Shown here in pieces: positions 1-8,408 of a DNA stretch of 11,571 nucleotides. The DNA comes from Fonticula alba ATCC 38817 (lineage: Eukaryota > Protista > Nucleariida). A model generated the notes under the pieces. The model worked only from the letters and a program-made list of their open reading frames with translations. It did no database searches and had not been told where the DNA came from. Position 1 is the stretch's first letter; each line of letters opens with the position of its first letter. The position numbers and the translations under genes were made by a program. The DNA lies in assembly GCA_000388065.2 (NCBI GenBank), contig KB932201.1; one strand, 5' to 3'.

Positions 1-63
1 CGCCGCCGCTCTCTCCGGCGCGCCACATGTGCATGCATGCCTGACAGCCCTGCTCCTTCCCCT

Positions 64-98
64 CATGCACACACACACACACACACGCGCGCGCGCGC
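64..98. repeat. (CA)n(CG)n alternating purine/pyrimidine tract upstream of the kinase ATG
   Basis: catg(ca)n(cg)n unbroken for 35 nt; a second 17-nt tract at 24-40. Confidence 0.9.
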
Positions 99-125
99 CG
101 GCACAGCCACACGCGCCTCGCCCAG

Positions 126-563
126 ATGATGCACGGGCAGAGCGTCCACCCACAACAGCAGCAACATCAGCAACATCATCACTATCAGCAGCAGCAGCAG
201 CAATACCACCCAGCCATGTCTGCCGCACAGCACTCCGGACGCGCGGCCCCTCCCCACCATCCGGCCCCCATGCCCCCGCACCATCCGCACCACCACCACC
301 ACCCGGTGGCGGCCATGCCGCCCCCGCACCACCCCCATCACCACCCCCACCCGGGGCAGGGGCCACACCACCACCCCCCGACCGCCCCGCCGCCGACCCC
401 CCCCCAGCAGGCCCCCCCGCGCGACCAGCCCCAGCGCATCGATGTGTCCACCTGTCCCGGGTGCAACCCCCGCAAGGTGGGCAACTACGAGGTTGTCCGG
501 TCGCTCGGATCCGGCAACTTCGCCATTGTCAAGCTCGCGCGCAATGTCCTCACCAATGACGAG
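126..563 (+). CDS. Exon 1 (146 codons) of an AMPK-related CAMKL Ser/Thr kinase: Q/H/P-rich N-terminus, then the start of the kinase N-lobe
   Basis: ATG at 126 reads to GNYEVVRSLGSGNFAIVKLARNVLTNDE, matching the MARK-type G-loop (GxGNFAxVKLA). It ends at a phase-0 GAG|GTACGG donor at 564. An in-frame TGA lies upstream at 42-44. The true start could lie further upstream if 1-125 is an intron. Confidence 0.9.
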
Positions 564-681
564 GTACGGCCCAGGCTCGCGCCCCCCTTCCCCGTCTCGC
601 CGCACTCCCCTGACGCAAGCTGATCCCCCCCCCCCCCCCCCCCCCCGCCCCGCCCCCTGTCGCGCCCGGCTGCCGGCTCAG
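564..681 (+). other. Spliceosomal intron of the kinase gene (118 nt, phase 0)
   Basis: GTACGG donor, CTGAC/CTGAT branch-like motifs near 610-624, C22 run at 625-646, CTCAG acceptor at 677-681. Splicing joins NVLTNDE to IAMKIIDK, restoring the beta3 lysine motif. Confidence 0.93.
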
Positions 682-3600
682 ATCGCCATGAAAATCATCG
701 ACAAGCGCCGGCTCAACAAGATGCAGCTCAACCGCCTGTACCGCGAGGTGCGCATCCTCCGGCAGCTCGGCCACCCGCGCGTCATTCGCCTTTTCGAGGT
801 GCTCGAATCCGAACGGCATCTGTACCTGGTGACCGAGTACGCCTCCGGCGGCGAGCTGCGCGCCTTCATCGAGAAGAATGGCCCCATGACGGAGGCCGAC
901 GCGCGGCTCATGTTCCTCGAGGTCCTGGCCGCCGTCAAGCACTGCCATGATTGGCGCATCGCCCACCGCGACCTGAAGGCCGAGAATGTGTTGCTGGACA
1001 GCCGTGGCCATGTGAAGGTGGCGGACTTCGGCTTCGGCCACCGGCCGGACCACCGGCACCCGGCCATGCCGGATTTCGCCACCACCACCACCGGCTTCGA
1101 GCAGCTGCTCGAGACCTTCTGCGGGTCGCCGCCGTACGCCGCGCCGGAGCTCTTCCGCGGCGAGCCCTACAACGGCGCCTCGGTCGATGTCTGGTCGCTG
1201 GGTGTGCTGCTTTACTACATGACCACCGGCCTGCTGCCCTTCAACGGGACCACCCTGGAGGAGATCCGCAACCGGGTCACCGGCGGCCAGTTCAGCATCC
1301 CCCGGCACCTGTCGGTCCCGCTGCAGCGCCTCCTTCGGCAGATGATCCAGCTCGACCGCCACCTCCGCCCGAGCAGCATCACCGAGCTCCTGTCCGACCC
1401 GTGGCTCAATGGGATTTACCCGCCGGAGATGCTGGCCCTGGAGCAGCAGCCGCACCACCATGGCCGGCACTCGGACCAGTCCTCGCCGCCGGCCGCCGCC
1501 GGGGGACACTTCGAGCGGGCTCGCTCCTCGCCGGCCGGCATGACCGGTGGCTCCTCCTCGGCCTCGGGCGGGGGGGCCCAGCGCATCGCCGCCCCGGCCA
1601 GCTCGGATGCCCTGTTCGCGGGGGGCCCGACGGCCGAGGCGTCGGCCGCCGCCGAGGCCGCCCCCCCGCGCCTGCCCGATGGTTATGGCTTCCCAATTGA
1701 CGCACGCGCCTTCATCGAGAATCTCAACCAGAACAGCGCCAGCCCCCTGCGCCCGGATACCATCAGTCCCGAACTGCAGGACCGCATCATCTGCGAGGTG
1801 GCCCGCAAGCACAACATCGAGGAGGCGGCCCTCCGGGCCGCGGTTGCCGACGACCGCTATGACGACATGACCGCCCTGTACCGGCTGTCGGTGGCTGCTA
1901 CACTGACGGCCATTGCCGAGGCGGAGGAGGCGCGCCTCATTCGCCGCCAGCAGCGCGAGGCTGCCGAGGCCGCTGCCGCTGCCGAAGCCGCCGCCGCCGC
2001 CGAGGCCGCCGCCGCTGCTGCTGCTGCTGCTGCTGCTGCCGCCGCCGCCGCCGCCACCACCACCGAGGTCGCCACCACCGCCGCCGAGCCTCTCTCGCCC
2101 CACCGCAGCAAGGATGCCACCGCGGCCAACTCGGAGGGACAGCCGTCGGCGGCGGTCGCGGTCGCGGCCACCACCATCCCCCCCATGTCGAATGCCAGAT
2201 CACCGGCCTCCCAAGACGAGGCTGGCCCCTCCTCCAGCTCGTCGGCCGGGCCCGCGGCCCCGGCCGGCAATGCCCGGCTGGCCGGCTTGGCATCGCCACT
2301 GCCACCGCTGACGCCGGATTCCCCGCGCCCAGGGGCCACCCCCGCCGCCGGCAGCAAGGCCATCGAGCATCGGCCGCTGTCGCCGACGGAGCTGGCCCGA
2401 CGCCAGGCGGCCGCCGCCGCCGCCGCGGCCAATGCCCCCTCCGGGCCCCGGACCGACACTCCCCCGCCCACGGATGACAGCGCCCTGTCGTCGATGGACT
2501 CGCGCACGGAGCAGGCCCTGTCGACCTGCTCCTCGGCCGGCGGGTCGGCGGTCCTGGTGGCCGGCGGTCCGGAGGCCTCGTCCTCCACGGACTTGGCCGC
2601 CGGCTCGTCGTCGTCGTCGTCATCATCATCATCATCATCGTCGTCGTCGTCATCGTCGCCGCCGCCGCCGCTGACCCCCTTCGAATCGGCCACGAGCACC
2701 GCCATGCAGGTGTCTGCCGGCCTTTCCGGCACTGCTGGCGGGGCCCCCCACCGGTCGGCCTCCTCCTCGTCGTCGAGTGACCAGGCAGCCGGCGGCGCGG
2801 CGGCGGTGCACCTCCTGGGCTATGACCCCCGGTATCCGGCGCCCCCGCCCCCGGCCACGGCGGTCCCCTTGACGCCGAACCTGATGTCCTCGCCCAGCCC
2901 GGCGGCCACGGTCTTCGCCCCGCGGCACCGCGAGCCTGGGGCCCCGTCCGCCGCGGCGCGCACAATGTCCCCGGCGCAGATCAGCAGCATGAAGATGGCC
3001 CTTGGGGGCGTGGGCCCGGCCGCGGCCGGCGGCCATGTCACCGGCCTCTCGCCACACCACATGGTCCATTCCCCGGGGCCCGGGCTGGCCAGTGCCACCG
3101 GGTACTTCCCTCCCGGCTCGGCGGCCACTTTGCCCATGAATGTGGCCCTCGGCGGAGGCCCCGGCCCGGTTGGGCCCGGGCCCGGGCCCGGCGGCCTCCA
3201 CGGGCATCACCATCCCTCGCACTCGGGCCACATGGTGCACCATGTGGTCCAGCCGGCCGGGCACCACCGGCGGTCGCCCTCCTCGCCGGGGGTCCGGCAA
3301 ATTCACCTGGTGTCGGGCGCCGGCGGCCCGGACGGCAGCATCCTGGTCGGCTCCATGTCGGCGCACCTGCGGCCCAGCGACTGCGGCGACCTGATGACCG
3401 CCACCGACCCCACCAACTTGGTGGGCTGCGCCTCCTCGCCGGCCAATCTGCTGTTGCCGTGCTTCGAGTCGGGGGACCTGCTGATGCGCACGGCCCCGAC
3501 GGCGGCCTCCTCCTCCTCCCCCTCCTCCTCCTCCTCGCCCGGTGGCGGCGGTCCCCCCGGTGGCAGTGACCACCACGCGGCCGACACGGGCGACGCCTCG

Positions 3601-4377
3601 CCCCCGGGCCCCGGGCCAGTGGGCATGTCTCACCAGCTGGCAGCCGGGGGCAATGTCGCGCAGCACGCCACCCCGCAGCCGCCCCACCACTCGGACAGCC
3701 GGTCGCCCTCTCCCTCGCCGAAGTTCGCCAATTTCTTCATCTTCAGTCGCCGGCGGCGGAAGCTCCGTGGCCCGGGCGGTGTCGAGTCGGCCCCGGTGCT
3801 CAGTCAGCCGCACCAGCCGCACCACCCCTCTTCCCCCTCTTCTTCTTCTTCCTCCTCCTCCTCCTCCTCCGCTTCCCAGCGTGGGGCCGGGACCGCTGGC
3901 GCTGCCGGCCCGCTGGCCGCCGCACCCAGCTTCGGCATCACCACTGCCGGGCTGGCCGTGGATCCGATGGCCTCCACCGACTCGGCCAGCTCCCCTTCGA
4001 GTGCCGCCTCCCCGGTGATGACCCTACCGCTGCATCCCTTCTCCCCGGTGCCGCACCACCCATCGAGTTTCCACATTCACTCGACCACCGGCGGCGGCTC
4101 GTCCAGTGGCAAGTCCTCCTCCGACAAGAGTTGGTACCGCCTGCGCCGGTCGCGCAGCGTGGCCACCGGAAGCCTGTCGTCGCCGAACTTTGGTGCCTCT
4201 CCTGGCGGCCACCCTCACCACCATATCTCCTCCAGCGGCGGCGGCGGCGGCGGCGGCGGCTTTGGCAGCCCGGGGTACATCCTCCCGTGCGAGTGTGTGG
4301 CGCATTCGGTCCCCGTGTCGCCGACCGGCGCCGGTGGCCATGGTCCCCATTACCACTACCAGCAGCTGCAGTATGTC

Positions 4378-4409
<32 letters not shown>

Positions 4410-5275
4410 CCACCACCATTCCCAAACGGCCGGTGCCTCGCCCAGCCCCTCGCCCCTGGGCGGCTTCGGCGCCACCGACCCGCACCACCATGGCAGCGGT
4501 GGCCAGCAGCCCTCGCGGCCGTCGTCACGCCGGCGCCGCCTCAGCATGCCGCTGCTGTCGCTGTCGCGCTCGGCCAGCGTGTCTTCCGGCCTGTCGCGCG
4601 CGGCCCCGGATGCCGGGTCCGTCACTCCCGGAGCCAGTGGCCTTGGCGGTGGGGTGGTCTCCTATTCGGTGTCCCCCTCGCCGTCCTCCGGCTACCATGG
4701 CCCGAGCTTGACCTCGACGGACCCGGTCCTCGGCAGCTCCTCCGGCGCGTGTTCTCCCTACCCGCAGGCCGGGGGGGCCTTCTTCCGCGCGCCGGCCTCG
4801 CACCACACCCTCCCGGCCAACATGCAGCCCGGCGGGGGTGCCGGGCAGGCCCCGCCGGTCGGCGGCGGGCCCGTCAACAGTGTCATGGGCCCTGGCCCCA
4901 TGATGATGTATGGCTGCGACTCGCCGATGTGCATCTACCTGCCCCAGCGCCAGCCCTCGACCACGGCCTCCCTGCCGCGGGGGTCATTCCTTGGGCGCAT
5001 CTTCCGAAGCGGGTCCTCTTCGTCGTCGTCGACGGCGGCGGCGGCGGCGGCGGCAACCGCGGCCGCTGCCGCAACCGCCGGCTCGCCCCCCACCCCCAGC
5101 TTCGGCTTCAACATGCCCACCAGTGCCTCGGTGCACATGTCCCTGGCGGACTCGCCATCGGCCGAGCTGCTGGGCGGCGGGTCGCCAGTGCTCCGGTCGC
5201 ATTCCACCCCGGCCGTCAACCGGCTGATGGGGAACTCCATCGGGTCGCTCAATGGCGGCAGCAGTGGCAGCGGCA

Positions 5276-5310
<35 letters not shown>

Positions 5311-7005
5311 AGCGGCAGTGCTCATCACCAGTCCCACCACCATGGTGGCATCGGGGATTCGTACCACCTGCCGGCCGGGTATCGGCCCTGTCCGGCGGTG
5401 GCACCATACTCCCTGCCGGCCGGCTGGGCGGTGCAGTTGCCGCCGACGATGCCCGGCTCGCCGGCCGACTCGCCGGTCTCCTCGCAGATGGTGGCCGCAC
5501 GCATGGGCGCCACTGCCGTGGATCCTGCCCTGCAGTTGAGCATGCCGATGGACAGTAGCGGCCTGAGCAGCAGCCTGGCCGGCTCGACGGCCACCCTGCA
5601 CGAGGACCTGGGTCATATCCTGGCCTTCCAGCGGTCGCTCAACCGCACGGCCGCCGCCATGGTCGAGCACCTGCCCGGGTGCAAGGACTTTGGCGACCTC
5701 CTTAGTCGGCATTTGACCAAGCCCTCGATGCTCATGTCCCTGTCGAGCACCGGGCCGACGGACAGCAGCCTCATCAATCTGGCACACAGCCTGGCGGCCG
5801 TGGTCACCGGGGCTCTGAAGCTGGAGCTCATGCTCCCGGCCAATGTGGCGGCCCTGTCGATGCGGCTTGTCCGCCAGATGCCGGGCAGCACCATGGCCGG
5901 GGCACCGGCCGCCGGTGCATCCGTCTCCGCCTCCGCCTCCGCTGGGCACCATTCGCGACATGGGTCCACCTCCTCCTCCGCCTCCACCACCTCCTCGTCC
6001 GCCTCCTCGACCGGCAATCGCACGGGCAGTCAGCACCTGGCCACCTCGTCGCCCTCTCTGCCGGCATCCGATCTGACCGACTCGGCCGAGTCCAACAGCG
6101 GTGCCGTCGCGGCGGCCAGCACGGCGGCCACCACGGCCGCGGCGGCCGCCGCCCTCGGCGACAGCACGGCCATCATGCTGGCCGACTGCAAGGCCTTCCT
6201 GGGCGAGCCGTCCTCCCCGCCGCCCGGGGTGTCGCGGTCTTCCCCCTCTTCCTCGGCCGATGGGTCGCCATCTTCGCCCCATGTGGGGGGAGCCTCGTTG
6301 CCGAGTGCCGGCGCTGGCGCCGGCAAGGAGCCGACCATGCTCTGGTGGGCCTTCTCGCCGCTGTCGCTGCCGTTTGCCGGCGGCCCGGCTCGGGCCCCGA
6401 CCACCCCGGTGGAAATGTGGCTGCCGGCCTTCTCCAAGAACATCAAGACCTGCTATGTGGCCCACTTCCAGCCGAGCCCGGACTTGGTGATCTCGGTGGA
6501 GATCATCCGCAGCTGGACCTCGCGGCTGCGGTCGTGCTTCGGCCTGCGCTTCCGCCGGGTGACCGGCTCCGAGCGCGACTTCAACGCCACCGTGGCCACG
6601 GTGACGCATCTGATGCAACGGCTCAAGAGCAGCGCCGCGGCCGCCGGCAACAGCAACAACCTGGCCGAGCTGATGGTCGGTGCTGGGCCCTCGCGCCCGG
6701 CCTCTCCCTCCCCGGCCGGCATGCCGCCGCAGCTTGGCCCTGGCGCCAGCCCCAGCCTCAACCATCTGCCGGTCATGGTGAACCTGCCGCCGTCGCGCGA
6801 TGGGCGTCCCGGCGGGGGGTCTCGCCCCGCCGCCGCGCCCGACGCGGCTGCTGCTGTCCGCCATCCGGCCGATGACCATCCGAGCCAGCAGCAGCCGTCG
6901 TGCCCATCCCCCAACAGCGGCAAGCCGCTGGAGGTCATCCAGCAAGCGCCACTTGAGCGTGGCCCGGTCGCCGTGGCGGCCCTCACCGGCGACACCCAGA
7001 CGTGA
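682..7005 (+). CDS. Exon 2 of the CAMKL (MARK/NIM1/SIK-like) kinase; 2107 codons plus TGA; full protein 2253 aa
   Basis: Uninterrupted frame with IAMK (beta3 Lys), LYREV (alphaC Glu), EYASGGEL hinge, HRDLKAEN (964-987), DFG (1024-1032), LETFCGSPPYAAPELF (1108-1155), DVWSLGVLLY and DPWLN (1396-1410), followed by UBA-like and KA1-like segments. Stop TGA at 7003-7005. Confidence 0.95.
1777..1890 (+). other. UBA-like domain of the kinase
   Basis: QDRIICEVARKHNIEEAALRAAVADDRYDDMTALYRL aligns by eye with the MARK UBA pattern (..RIDIM..GY..EEI..SL...KYDEITATYLLL), especially RYDDMTALYRL. Confidence 0.7.
1960..2055 (+). repeat. Coding poly-Ala tract: three 18-nt AEAAAA units followed by pure Ala codons
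   Basis: gccgaggccgctgccgct / gccgaagccgccgccgcc / gccgaggccgccgccgct at 1963-2016; 17 consecutive Ala codons (GCC/GCT) at 2005-2055. Confidence 0.95.
2605..2658 (+). repeat. Coding (TCG/TCA)n tract, 18 Ser
   Basis: Direct reading: tcg x5, tca x6, tcg x4, tca, tcg x2. Confidence 0.95.
4378..4419 (+). repeat. Coding poly-Gln (10) plus poly-His (4) tract
   Basis: caa(cag)9 followed by cac cac cac cat. Confidence 0.95.
5278..5310 (+). repeat. Coding (GGC)11 poly-Gly tract
   Basis: Direct reading of the GGC run in the kinase frame. Confidence 0.95.
6448..6624 (+). other. KA1-like (kinase-associated 1) C-terminal segment
   Basis: LVISVEIIRSWTSRLRSCFGLRFRRVTGSERDFNATVATVTHLMQRL resembles the MARK KA1 pattern [44 protein letters not shown], including G-hydrophobic-R-F-basic-R-hydrophobic-x-G. 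Confidence 0.72.
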
Positions 7006-7539
7006 GGGGGAAGATGGAATGCGCAGCAGGGGTGGTGGAAGCAAGAGGCGGGCCAGGGTGTCCCCCCCCTGGGGGTCCTCTGTCTTTCTTCCTGTCCCGC
7101 GCCCCCCCCCCCCCCGCGCGCCCCTCTCCTCCACTCACCCCCACCCTCGAGGAACATTCCCGTCACAGTGTCTCCTCCCTGTCCTTGTAATATCTCCCCC
7201 TCCATGTCCGCCTATCCTCGCGCCTCAGAGTCCCCCCCCCCCTCCCCCTCCCGGAGGAGAGGCCTTCTCCTCATCCCCCAGGAGAGAAGAAGCCTCGCCC
7301 CTCTCTCCCCCAAGACCAAGCGTCCTTGTCTGTACTATATACTCCATTCCTTGTTCACAGCTCGCGTGTCGTCGCCTGCTTTTTTTCTCTCCCCGATGTT
7401 GGGGGCTGCGCATCCTTCCGCAAGGGCGCCGGCATAGGTGGGCCCCGCAATCCGCGTCGACAGCCGGAACTGGTCAGACCAGTAGACCGGGGGGGGTCGG
7501 AAGAGGGGCACCGGGGGGGGGCTCGTTTTTTTTTGGGGC

Positions 7540-7541
<2 letters not shown>

Positions 7542-7624
<83 letters not shown>
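7542..7624. repeat. 83-nt poly-G homopolymer (intergenic)
   Basis: Uninterrupted G from 7542 to 7624, preceded by T9 at 7526-7534 and shorter G runs. Confidence 0.9.
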
Positions 7625-7625
<1 letters not shown>

Positions 7626-8063
7626 GAACCCCTCCGGGGGGGGCAGGCGTGCGAGGGCGAGTCGATCCCGCCCCCACCCCCCCCCCCCCCCCCCGGGCCA
7701 GAGAAAGAGAAGGCCTGAGCCCCGCTTTCCCGGATGAGACAGAACAGCCGCGAAATTTCCACCCCCCTCCCCCCCGCCCCCTCCCTCCCCGCAGGCGGAC
7801 GAAGACAACAAAGAGGCGCCCCTCGAGAGAAACTATTCAACGGCCATATTATTGAGCGGGCGCACACACTTGCGCCCCCCTCCCTGGGCGATTCGCCAAT
7901 ATACCTGTGCGCCTCCGGGGGAAGGTGACGTAGACCGGCAATCGGACGGATGGCCGGGTCCACGCGTGATGCGCTCATCACGCCCACCGGATGGAGCACG
8001 TGCCATTCGAGAGTGTGGCCCCGTGTGTCGAGTGGTGCTCCTCCGCCTTTTGCGCCGTGTCCC

Positions 8064-8190
8064 TGCGCGGCCCCGTCCGGCTCTGCTGTCCGCGCGCACA
8101 CACACACACACACACACGTTGGGGCGCGATCGGGGCGTGTGTGTGTGCGCGCGCGTGCGCGCGGGCAGCAGAGCCGGACGGGGCCGCGCA
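8064..8190. repeat. 127-nt inverted repeat (foldback): arms 8064-8118 and 8136-8190, 17-nt spacer
   Basis: Outer 36 bp pair at 35/36 (only 8089 T : 8165 G mismatches). The full 55-nt arms pair in register at 50/55. Confidence 0.95.
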
Positions 8191-8225
8191 AAGGCCCGGG
8201 CAGGAGGGGAGGGAGGGGACACCCT

Positions 8226-8249
8226 GGGGGGGGGGGGGGGGGGGGGGGG
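8226..8249. repeat. G24 run within a G-rich tract (8198-8249) with G-quadruplex potential
   Basis: gggcaggaggggagggaggggacaccct followed by 24 G. Confidence 0.8.
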
Positions 8250-8408
8250 TACACATGTTCCCTCCGCCCCGCTGGCCAAGTCAAAGGGCCCCAATCTTGC
8301 GGGCTCCCTCGAGGGGAGGGAGCGCGCCAGGTCCCCCCTTCCTCTCATAGATTGCCCTCTCTGTTGCTTTCTCCCTCCCCCCCCCTCCAATCCCCCCCGA
8401 CCCGTGCG

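Noticed and set aside
550-2103. 517-aa antisense ORF (also 4984..7134, 716 aa, and 2650..3825, 391 aa)
   Set aside because: These mirror the sense kinase codons. High GC at third positions suppresses antisense stops, and the translations show no recognisable domain.
7254-7272. Small hairpin GAGGAGA-ggcct-TCTCCTC in the kinase 3' region
   Set aside because: A 7-bp stem in purine/pyrimidine-skewed sequence is expected by chance; prokaryote-style terminators do not apply.
7795-7857. ADEDNKEAPLERNYSTAILL after a C-rich CAG, reminiscent of the CDC48/p97 N-terminal STAIL motif
   Set aside because: The similarity stops at STAIL; the expected basic stretch and NRL.VD motif do not follow, and no start or partner exon is evident.
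7973-7979. Box C-like GTGATGA on the minus strand (possible C/D snoRNA)
   Set aside because: No box D (CTGA) at a suitable distance downstream on that strand; the motif is part of a small local palindrome.
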